In this document: positions 1-7,018 of the stretch, piece by piece
How positions within the stretch are numbered: the first letter of the stretch is position 1
How the letters are laid out: the number at the start of each line of letters is the position of its first letter
Origin: Candidatus Thorarchaeota archaeon
GTDB taxonomy: Archaea > Asgardarchaeota > Thorarchaeia > Thorarchaeales > Thorarchaeaceae
Length of the DNA: 10,778 nucleotides
Reading direction: 5' to 3'
Assembly: GCA_016839605.1 (NCBI GenBank)
Contig: JAEOTX010000244.1
Coordinates: 1-10,778, forward strand
Program-made: the position numbers and the translations under genes
Notes under the pieces: generated by a model
What the model saw: only the letters and a program-made list of their open reading frames with translations
Databases searched by the model: none
What the model was told of the DNA's origin: nothing

Positions 1-1412
1 GGATCAGTCTTTTTCTTTATCTTCGCCATCTTTCCATAAATGTGCTTACCGAAGAAACTCCGACTATATGCAACGTTCCACATGCCAATAGAATATGCAC
101 GGCCACCATGTTTCACACCAAGGTTGATGACATCAAGTGACCGATACCATCCCATGAGGAATGAGATCCTCTTCCGTTCGTCATCAAGAAACCATGTCAG
201 AACAGCGACTTCTCCTTTATCCGAAACTGCTCCTTCAGCTGCGTATGATTCTCCCTTGAAGTGCTTGTCCATATGTTGTAGAAAACCACTCAAACGTTGA
301 AGAGGAACATATACCTCAGAAGGTGCAAGACTTGGTCCAAGTCGCTTTATTCTCATGGGATAGAATCTCTCAGCCCATTCATGGTTCGCAATCTCTTCAG
401 ACTCAATCGTGCCATTATGTTGATGCACGATTTGAAGAAGTTTCCCCGTTCCTTCAGTAATCTCGTCCTGCGTCCCTTCGAAAGCAGCAAGAATGAGCCA
501 TTCGCCTGCTGACTCAGGAGCCATATCAAGCTCAGCCAGCATTTTGTGAAATAGGTCGGTGATGAAATGAAGATAGAAAGGTCTAGTGGCTTTGAGAATG
601 TCCTCCATCGCTGTCTGCATAGCTTCTCGGTTACTGAATGACGCCACAACTGGATGGATGTTTTTGAGAGGTATCAGTTTCAGTACTACTCGGGTTATGA
701 CCCCGAGCGCCCCGTTACTATCCACCATGAGTTCCTTGATTTCTTTTCCAGATTGGATTTTTTGATCTTCGTAGCTCCATAGATATTCATCCTCACCAGG
801 GAAGAAGCTATACCCTCCATCCTCATCATCAAAGAAATCCGCCTGGGGATCATTTGTTCTTACAATGCGACCATCAGGAAGGACCGTTTCCATATCAACA
901 ACCTGTTCTCGAATTCCACCGTATTTCGTGCTGCCAATTCCTATACCACCAGCAGCAACCCAACCCCCCACGGTACTTGACAATGCACTTGATGGATATG
1001 CTCTTACGGTGACACCTTCTTCCTCAAGGTCTTCTAGGAGTTTTCCCCATATGATGCCAGCTCCAACTTCCACAGTCATTTTATCCTTGTCAATCTCATG
1101 TATCTTATTCATTCGAGTAGTTTCGATGACCAAACCCCCTCGTGTGGGAAGAGCGCCCCCATACCCAGACGTACCATGACCGCGAGGAACTACTGGTATT
1201 TTGTGTTCAATACAATACTTCAAGAGGTTGGATACAATCTCAGCATTCACTGGCTGAGCTACAGCCTCTGCTTTTGTGACTAGAATGTCATTGACCAATC
1301 CTGGCAATGCTGCAATGTCGTGGGAATAGAGATTGGTCATGAACTCCTCTGCAGAGAAGAAGTCTTCACCAGTGATGTCAGCTAGACCTTGGAGTTGCTT
1401 GTTACTCAACAT
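1..1412 (-). CDS. FAD-binding oxidoreductase, VAO/PCMH (GlcD/D-lactate dehydrogenase-like) fold, paralog C; 3' end runs off the window
   Basis: Not in the ORF track. My translation of the minus strand is stop-free from GTG1421/ATG1418/ATG1412 to base 1: MLSNKQLQGLADITGEDFFSAEEFMTNLYSHDIAALPG...VVPRGHGTSGYGGALP...AYPSSALSSTVGGWVAAGGIGIGSTKYG...DSNGALGVITRVVLKL...EWAERFYPMRIKRLGPSLAPSEV...WFLDDERKR...HGGRAYSIGMWN...KIKKKTDP. It is colinear with 4010..5716. ATG1412 is preferred because GGTGA lies 5 nt upstream. Confidence 0.93.
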   Translation of the reverse strand, partial: MLSNKQLQGLADITGEDFFSAEEFMTNLYSHDIAALPGLVNDILVTKAEAVAQPVNAEIVSNLLKYCIEHKIPVVPRGHGTSGYGGALPTRGGLVIETTRMNKIHEIDKDKMTVEVGAGIIWGKLLEDLEEEGVTVRAYPSSALSSTVGGWVAAGGIGIGSTKYGGIREQVVDMETVLPDGRIVRTNDPQADFFDDEDGGYSFFPGEDEYLWSYEDQKIQSGKEIKELMVDSNGALGVITRVVLKLIPLKNIHPVVASFSNREAMQTAMEDILKATRPFYLHFITDLFHKMLAELDMAPESAGEWLILAAFEGTQDEITEGTGKLLQIVHQHNGTIESEEIANHEWAERFYPMRIKRLGPSLAPSEVYVPLQRLSGFLQHMDKHFKGESYAAEGAVSDKGEVAVLTWFLDDERKRISFLMGWYRSLDVINLGVKHGGRAYSIGMWNVAYSRSFFGKHIYGKMAKIKKKTD

Positions 1413-1421
1413 ATCCATCAC

Positions 1422-2606
1422 CTACTCTATGCCTAGTGCCTCCACTACAATCTGAGAAAGGTCTTTGAAGATGATTTTGGACTCTCTATCCTCAATCCCA
1501 TCCCTAAATGACATAGTACAGGAAGGACATTCACTAGCTATTATCTCAGCACCAGCCTTCTCAGCTGCTTCGATTCTCCGACCTGACACACGGACTGACA
1601 TCAAGGGATTAGTCCCCTTAAGGAGGCCCCCGCCGCCACAACATCTGGCCTTACTGCGATTGTGCTTCATTTCTCGAAGATCAAGCCCAGGGATTGCATT
1701 CAGTATCTCTCTTGCAGGATCGTAGATGTGTTGATGCCTGCCCAACTCGCAGGGATCATGCCATGTGACAACATGAGAATACTCCCTATCGAACTTGATC
1801 TTTCCTTCCTTCATCTGTCGCAAGATGAATTCAGAAAACGGAAGGAACTCTAATCCCTCCACAGCCTCTTTGCCCAATAGGTGGGGGTATTCTTCATTGA
1901 AAGCACGGTGGCACCCAGGGCAGTTGAATACAACCGTCTTTACTCCCAGTTCCTTCAGAGTGGTAAGGTGGTGCTCAGCCATAGATCTTGCCTTCTCAAA
2001 CTCACCTGCTACAAAGTAGGGGTTGCCGCAGCAGTATTCCTTTTCTCCGAGAATCGTGAAATCAAGCCCGAGATGGTCGAAGATTTTGGCTGTGTTCTCT
2101 CCCATGTGTGCTAGTGTCCCCTTGAATGAGATATTGCAGCCTGCGAAGTATGCATATTCGGCTGGGACAAGCTCCTTATCCTCTATAAGATCATCAACCA
2201 TATCTGTCCAAAGCGTTCTATCGACCTGATCAATCTCCATGATGTTCTTGCTGCTCTCAATTGAACTGTCTAAGAACTTCACAATCTCTGGCCATTCTCC
2301 AAGATTGCCGATCTCATTCCTGATTAGCTGCCAGAATCTAAGCAACGGGATATTAGTCTGACATATCTCCTCACATGCGCCACAGAGGGTGCATTTGAAG
2401 ATACGATCCGCAAAGTCCTCTGGAATAGGCTCATTATCTTTGATCAATGACTTTAGTTGGTAGAGCTTACCTCTTGGGGATTGAGAATCCCAAAGTGTAT
2501 CCAAATATGCTGGACAGACGAATGTGCAGAATCCACAGCGAGCACACACAGTAGGTTCGATATCGAGCGCTTCTGCCTTAAGTTGTTCAAACAAATCGCT
2601 TCCCAT
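1422..2606 (-). CDS. (Fe-S)-binding oxidoreductase subunit, GlcF/HdrD-like: two ferredoxin-type [4Fe-4S] motifs plus two CCG domains, paralog C
   Basis: CARCGFCTFVCP and CTLCGACEEICQ; CCG1 FAGC...YCCG...NCPGC; CCG2 HDPCELGR...RCCGGGG...ECPSC; SD GGAGG at 2613-2617. Confidence 0.93.
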   Translation of the reverse strand: MGSDLFEQLKAEALDIEPTVCARCGFCTFVCPAYLDTLWDSQSPRGKLYQLKSLIKDNEPIPEDFADRIFKCTLCGACEEICQTNIPLLRFWQLIRNEIGNLGEWPEIVKFLDSSIESSKNIMEIDQVDRTLWTDMVDDLIEDKELVPAEYAYFAGCNISFKGTLAHMGENTAKIFDHLGLDFTILGEKEYCCGNPYFVAGEFEKARSMAEHHLTTLKELGVKTVVFNCPGCHRAFNEEYPHLLGKEAVEGLEFLPFSEFILRQMKEGKIKFDREYSHVVTWHDPCELGRHQHIYDPAREILNAIPGLDLREMKHNRSKARCCGGGGLLKGTNPLMSVRVSGRRIEAAEKAGAEIIASECPSCTMSFRDGIEDRESKIIFKDLSQIVVEALGIE

Positions 2607-2618
2607 ACGAAGCCTCCT

Positions 2619-3116
2619 TTATGGCCAAGGTAGTCCTATCCAATCTAGGACTGGCTCTAATATCGATTCACCGTAGACTGCTATGCCTCCTAACGCAGCA
2701 ATTATGATCATTAGGACGCCAGCTACGATAACCATTATTCCATAGATGAGATATGATGAGGTCTTCTCCCAGACTCTATCACTAAGCTTTGTTCGCAAAA
2801 CTATCACGAAGATGTATATCTCAGTGGCAATAATCGACCAGAGAATCTTGAACCGCATGTAGGCATTGTTCTCGAGTGCTACATATGGCCAGTCCATGAA
2901 TCCAGAGATCATTCCAGCAAAGAGTCCAAGCAAGACGATTATATTCCCCCAGTGGATGAATATGTCAAACTCATGGAATAGCTTGGCCATCCGTGTACCC
3001 GGAGTTCTGATTCCCTCCCTAAACACTAGTCGGAATACAATGTTAATGAGTGCTAAGACAGCAGTTGCTGCACCGATTCCAGTGTGAAAGTGTACGAAGA
3101 CTGGATGTAACGCCAT
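2619..3116 (-). CDS. DUF2231-like integral membrane protein (about 4 TM helices)
   Basis: N-terminal LHPVFVHF and C-terminal LGGIAVYG resemble the DUF2231 HPxxVHFP and GGxxVY patterns, with four hydrophobic stretches. Start moved from GTG3125 to ATG3116 because that GTG lies inside the GGTGA SD. Confidence 0.75.
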   Translation of the reverse strand: MALHPVFVHFHTGIGAATAVLALINIVFRLVFREGIRTPGTRMAKLFHEFDIFIHWGNIIVLLGLFAGMISGFMDWPYVALENNAYMRFKILWSIIATEIYIFVIVLRTKLSDRVWEKTSSYLIYGIMVIVAGVLMIIIAALGGIAVYGESILEPVLDWIGLPWP

Positions 3117-3125
3117 ATCAATCAC

Positions 3126-3782
3126 CTACTGTGGACCTGCCCTCCGTATGATCACAAGACCAACAAGTGACAATATGATGGCTGTGACGGGAGTAAATAC
3201 GTACATCTGAGTGTACCAAATCTCCTTTCTTTCTTCCTCACTCAAAGTTGTAGGGGTAGGTGTGGTGGTAGTGGGTGTGGTAGTAGTAGGGGTTGGACTG
3301 GTCGTGGTCGTACCTGTGCCGGTTCCAGCAACAACATTTACAGAAACATCAAGACTTGCAGCCTTAAGATCTGAAACAGGGCCTGAGGCTGCCCAAATTT
3401 GGATTGTGAACGAGCCTGCTGATTGTGGAGTAATGGTCACAGCAACCGTTATCTCACCGGTGTTATCATTTGTGTCCTCGCCATCTCCATCCTCAACGAG
3501 CTGAGTGGAGTACGTAAACTGGTTATTATTTGCAAGACCCGTGACAATTTTAATTGCCTCACTTCCTGCTGCTGCATCAATAACAAGGATGAATTGCTCA
3601 CCTACAATGGCATCAACTGTCCCTGTTGCATTTGAGCCCAATGTCAGAACACTAGTATTGGTGTGACACGTATCACACGCTGAGTTCTGATCCACGTCTG
3701 CTATCGCAAAACCAGCACCAATGAATAATATAGCGATGAAGGCTATAGCGCCAAGCAACATCGTTCTGTGATGTCTTCCCAT
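3126..3782 (-). CDS. Exported, C-terminally membrane-anchored protein with one CxxCH heme-c motif (putative monoheme cytochrome c with a beta-rich domain)
   Basis: Basic N-region plus hydrophobic core ending AIA|D (signal peptide); CDTCH at 3663-3677; beta-strand-like domain; Thr/Pro linker; TM helix MYVFTPVTAIILSLVGLVII followed by RR; SD AGGTGA upstream. Confidence 0.8.
   Translation of the reverse strand: MGRHHRTMLLGAIAFIAILFIGAGFAIADVDQNSACDTCHTNTSVLTLGSNATGTVDAIVGEQFILVIDAAAGSEAIKIVTGLANNNQFTYSTQLVEDGDGEDTNDNTGEITVAVTITPQSAGSFTIQIWAASGPVSDLKAASLDVSVNVVAGTGTGTTTTSPTPTTTTPTTTTPTPTTLSEEERKEIWYTQMYVFTPVTAIILSLVGLVIIRRAGPQ
3247..3326 (-). repeat. Low-complexity Thr/Pro-rich linker coding tract (GTGTGTTTTSPTPTTTTPTTTTPTPTT)
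   Basis: Imperfect gtg/gta triplet repeats on the plus strand, within CDS 3126..3782, just before the TM anchor. Confidence 0.85.
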
Positions 3783-3788
3783 ACAATC

Positions 3789-3795
3789 ATCACCT
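3789..3795 (-). promoter_or_regulatory. Shine-Dalgarno site (AGGTGAT) for CDS 3126..3782
   Basis: Minus strand reads TAAGGTGATGATTGTATG, matching the archaeal GGAGGTGA-type SD. Confidence 0.7.
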
Positions 3796-3877
3796 TAGAG
3801 TCAGGCACACTTGCTCGAATCATCCGTTCGTTCATTGTCCAAGACCTATACGGTTTCAGTCCGAAACTCAATACCGT

Positions 3878-3894
3878 TATTTTAAGCATATCGG
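3878..3894 (-). promoter_or_regulatory. Putative archaeal promoter (BRE + TATA box) for TU3
   Basis: Minus strand CCGATATG-CTTAAAATA in the 227-nt intergenic gap, about 95 nt upstream of ATG3782; resembles the element at 6938-6955. Confidence 0.5.
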
Positions 3895-3939
3895 AATGTT
3901 CAATCATTACGATTCAAGTATAGATAGTTACGTCTTGCA

Positions 3940-3971
3940 TCTATTGCATAATAGAAATTACAATATGTAAT
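3940..3971. promoter_or_regulatory. Two adjacent palindromes, candidate transcription-factor operators
   Basis: TCTATT-gcat-AATAGA (3940-3955) and ATTACA-ata-TGTAAT (3957-3971), upstream of the putative TU3 promoter. Confidence 0.4.
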
Positions 3972-4009
3972 CATTCTCACCGTTTAGCTTCGATTGCGTC
4001 GCTTAATGC

Positions 4010-5716
4010 TTACCTGTTGAGAAACTTGTCAAGGAATCGTAACAGGGGGATTCCCATTGCCAGTGCCTGATTCAGCGTCATCAGCTTCATGGCTAATAGA
4101 CCTACTGCTCCTCCGAGAATCGACAAGTACCAAATGAGCTGTACATGCAGGAATTGCAGTGGAAACGATGTCAAGAGGTCGCCAGCCCGAGTGAGCCCTA
4201 GAAAACTTGGTCCAAAGAAGAGTAATCCGAATGTCAAGATGAAGCCCACGCCAAAACCAAAGAGTTGCGAATGCCATGCCGTCTGAGCTCTGCCACCAAA
4301 GACCTTCACCGGATTGAGCATATTTCGTGGGTCAACATCCTTCTTCAATTGCTTCAGCTTAGCTATCTTGTCTTCTCCATAGAATACCTTTGCATGCCTT
4401 GTGTTCCAGAGCGCTACAGCATAGGGGTGACCTTCGTGCTTTCGAGCCAGTGACGCTATGTCGAAAGATCTGTGCCATCCTATCGTATACCTGAATTTCT
4501 TTCTCTCATCATCTAATATCCAAACCAGGTAGGATGCCACACCATCCGCTCCGATTGTTCCCTCAACGGCGAACTTGGAGTTACCAAGCCTGTCTAGTGT
4601 GTCTTGATGGAGATCTGGGAGGTTGTCCACTGGAGTCGTGACCTCAGCGGGAACAAGACTGGGTCCCTGTCTCTTGAATCTTAGCGGATAAAGGCGTTCA
4701 TCCCAGTGGAAGTCTGCCCGTTTCTCATCGAGGAGTGTCCCCTGATTTTCACTTACAATCTTCTCAATTGCTTCTATGCCGTCATCATTGTCATAGATAG
4801 TACCATGCAAAGCTCCAGCAAGCAAGAATTTGTCCCATTCCGCAGGGAAACCAATCAGCGATGCTAGTTTGGAAGTATGGTTATTGTCAAGATATCGAAG
4901 GTGATATGGCAAAGCACTGTCAATCATTATCTGAGCTACTTTAGCGAGGTCTGCTATGGATTCGAATGAACATGCGAATGGACGGAGTTGCAGTTTGGGA
5001 ATAGTCCGGAGTGTGACCTTGGTGATGATTCCAAGCGTTCCGTATGTTCCTGATAGAACTTCATTGAGTCTGATGCTGCCGCCCACTTTATCGGAAAGCC
5101 ATTCAGTCCCTTCAGTCGCCTCATCATGAAGATCATCAGGCTGAGGTCCTACCACTACGTCACCTACTCTGACAATTTTGCCGTTAGCCAATACAGCCTC
5201 GATACCGACTACTTGGTCACCAATCTCGCCATGTTTCGCGGATCCAATTCCAAAGCCACCACTGGCAACGAAACCGCCAACTGTTGCGGCAGTGGCACTC
5301 GAAGGATAGACGGGCAAGGTAGTACCCATCCGTTCCAGAATCATCAGTAATTCCCGCCATGTTATTCCAGCCTCAACTGTAACAGTGCAAGCATAGTCAT
5401 CGAGATGAACCATCTGATTCATCTGTGTCAGACTCACACAGAGACCTCTCTTTACAGGAATTGCTCCTCCCCAACCTGATGTTCCATTGCCACGCGGTAC
5501 AATGGGCAGGTCATGCTCCATGGCGTACCTCAAAAGATGTTGCAGTGATTTTACAGTGACTGGCTGGGCAACAACGTCGAACTGATTGTCAATAATCTGC
5601 TTCGCTATGCCTGGAAGGTTAGCTGCGTCTTCAGAGTATATCCTGCACGTTTCATCATCTGCTGTCACATTGTCAGCGCCCACAATATCCTCAAGCTCCT
5701 GTGGGATTATCTTCAT
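4010..5716 (-). CDS. FAD-binding oxidoreductase, VAO/GlcD-like fold, paralog B, with C-terminal hydrophobic (about 2 TM) extension
   Basis: PRGNGTSGWGG PP-loop, YPSSATAATVGGFVASGGFGIGS, GTYGTLGIIT, C-terminal LKKDVDPRNMLNP; then about 85 mostly hydrophobic residues. The start overlaps the upstream stop (ATGA, 5713-5716). Confidence 0.93.
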   Translation of the reverse strand: MKIIPQELEDIVGADNVTADDETCRIYSEDAANLPGIAKQIIDNQFDVVAQPVTVKSLQHLLRYAMEHDLPIVPRGNGTSGWGGAIPVKRGLCVSLTQMNQMVHLDDYACTVTVEAGITWRELLMILERMGTTLPVYPSSATAATVGGFVASGGFGIGSAKHGEIGDQVVGIEAVLANGKIVRVGDVVVGPQPDDLHDEATEGTEWLSDKVGGSIRLNEVLSGTYGTLGIITKVTLRTIPKLQLRPFACSFESIADLAKVAQIMIDSALPYHLRYLDNNHTSKLASLIGFPAEWDKFLLAGALHGTIYDNDDGIEAIEKIVSENQGTLLDEKRADFHWDERLYPLRFKRQGPSLVPAEVTTPVDNLPDLHQDTLDRLGNSKFAVEGTIGADGVASYLVWILDDERKKFRYTIGWHRSFDIASLARKHEGHPYAVALWNTRHAKVFYGEDKIAKLKQLKKDVDPRNMLNPVKVFGGRAQTAWHSQLFGFGVGFILTFGLLFFGPSFLGLTRAGDLLTSFPLQFLHVQLIWYLSILGGAVGLLAMKLMTLNQALAMGIPLLRFLDKFLNR

Positions 5717-6915
5717 TGTTGCACATCTCCCTCCCCCTCTTCTGAGCTCAGTGAGTTTGCAACTAGCTGTGCAATGTCTAGAATCTGTACGCTGTAACCC
5801 AAAGTTATTGTTGCGAGGTCGAATGCCATCTCACAACGAGGGCATTCTGTGACAAGTAGTGATGCTGGAGTGACTGATGCATCCCTCAGCCGCATCTCAG
5901 CTATTTGTGCAGACAGGTGTGGGTCTATCATATTGAGGAGTGCATGCGAACCACAACACCTAGTGTCCTCCTCTGTTGAGACCATTTCCACTCGGTAAAT
6001 GCCAGGAATTCTCTCAATTACATTGCGGGGCTCCTTCCCAACTCCTAGAACCCTTGCTGATATGCAAGGGTCATGATACGTGGCAGTAATCATAGGCTGT
6101 TCTTCGAAAGCAAGGAGTCCCTTCTGGATGAGCTGATTAATGAACTGCGAAGCGGTCAGGAGTTCCATCTTTCTTACAGCAGATGTTCCCGAGCTCTTGT
6201 GCATTGAACTGATCCATGTGCTCGCACAAGACGGACAACTGAACACAACCTTCCTCACACCGAGATCAGCCAATGCCTGAGCGTTCTTCTCTACCATTGT
6301 TGGAGTGCCCTCAGGCTCTCCCGCCCATAGCAGTGGTGCTCCACAGCATGATTCCTCTTCGCCAAGGAGAGTGTACTCTACGCCTGCATGCTCCATGATT
6401 TTAATCATAGACCGGGCTACATCGTGAAGCGGGTGTTTCAATGATACATTGCACCCCAAGAAGAACGCCACTTCTGCTTTCGCACTGATTCTTGTTTCGA
6501 TAATATCCTCCATGCCCTCTGCCCATAGAAGCCTGCTTGCGCGGCCTATAGAAAATGGATCACCTGTCCTCTTGATGGATTCACTTGCGAACTTCACTGG
6601 AGCTGGAGTTAGGTTTCTTGCTTTGGCTTCTTCACGCATTAGCTCCCAAAACCGGTCGAGTCTGATGCTAGTAGTGCATACTGTCGTGCAATGTTCGCAT
6701 AAGGTACACAGAAAGAGTTTCCTCGTGAATTCTAGATTGAATTCTGACTCCTTCTCCAAAATTGATTTGGTAATGCTGAGTTTACCACGAGGGCCATAGG
6801 GTTCCCATCTCATCTGGCGAAAGACAGGACATACTAATGTGCAGTTGCCGCATGAAGCGCAAACATATGGGTCATTCTTCTGACCGCTCTGTTCAATCGG
6901 CCCTGGCTTAGTCAT
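5713..6915 (-). CDS. (Fe-S)-binding oxidoreductase subunit, GlcF/HdrD-like (2x[4Fe-4S] + 2 CCG), paralog B
   Basis: CASCGNCTLVCP and CTLCEHCTTVCT; FLGC...SCCG...SCPSC; HDPC...RCCG...ECPRC. Confidence 0.93.
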   Translation of the reverse strand: MTKPGPIEQSGQKNDPYVCASCGNCTLVCPVFRQMRWEPYGPRGKLSITKSILEKESEFNLEFTRKLFLCTLCEHCTTVCTTSIRLDRFWELMREEAKARNLTPAPVKFASESIKRTGDPFSIGRASRLLWAEGMEDIIETRISAKAEVAFFLGCNVSLKHPLHDVARSMIKIMEHAGVEYTLLGEEESCCGAPLLWAGEPEGTPTMVEKNAQALADLGVRKVVFSCPSCASTWISSMHKSSGTSAVRKMELLTASQFINQLIQKGLLAFEEQPMITATYHDPCISARVLGVGKEPRNVIERIPGIYRVEMVSTEEDTRCCGSHALLNMIDPHLSAQIAEMRLRDASVTPASLLVTECPRCEMAFDLATITLGYSVQILDIAQLVANSLSSEEGEGDVQQ

Positions 6916-6937
6916 TCCAAAAGACTCTCAATGATTC

Positions 6938-6955
6938 TACCTTAAGACTGTTCGG
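6938..6955 (-). promoter_or_regulatory. Putative archaeal promoter (BRE + TATA box) for TU2, probably giving a leaderless mRNA
   Basis: Minus strand CCGAACAGT-CTTAAGGTA; the CTTAAG at 6941-6946 is about 25 nt from ATG6915, and no clear SD precedes that ATG. Confidence 0.55.
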
Positions 6956-6964
6956 CTAAGGCTC

Positions 6965-7005
6965 AAAAATGAAAGGGTTCTGGAGCACCAGTTGGTGCCC
7001 CAGAA
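6965..7005 (-). terminator. Hairpin plus U-rich tract, likely terminator of TU1
   Basis: Minus strand TTCTGGGGCACC-AACT-GGTGCTCCAGAA (12-bp stem with one G-U pair), then CCCTTTCATTTTT, starting 13 nt after the stop at 7019. Confidence 0.7.
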
Positions 7006-7018
7006 GCGCTACTAATTC

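Noticed and set aside
353-649. 98-aa minus-strand ORF (likewise 4029..4277 and 4954..5136)
   Set aside because: Out-of-frame ORFs nested in well-supported FAD oxidase genes, with no recognisable motifs.
1-1421. Apparent gene-free or pseudogene region in the ORF track
   Set aside because: Manual translation shows an intact minus-strand frame to the window edge; it was presumably omitted only because no stop lies inside the window.
3211-3504. Val/Gly-rich plus-strand ORF that looks like a membrane peptide
   Set aside because: It is simply the reverse complement of the Thr/Pro linker codons.
3783-4009. CRISPR array, tRNA or riboswitch in the intergenic gap
   Set aside because: No regularly spaced repeats, cloverleaf or recognisable aptamer; only short palindromes.
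6673-6708. Second ferredoxin motif ends CT (and CQ in paralog C) rather than CP
   Set aside because: All four Cys are retained, so this minor variation is not evidence of cluster loss.
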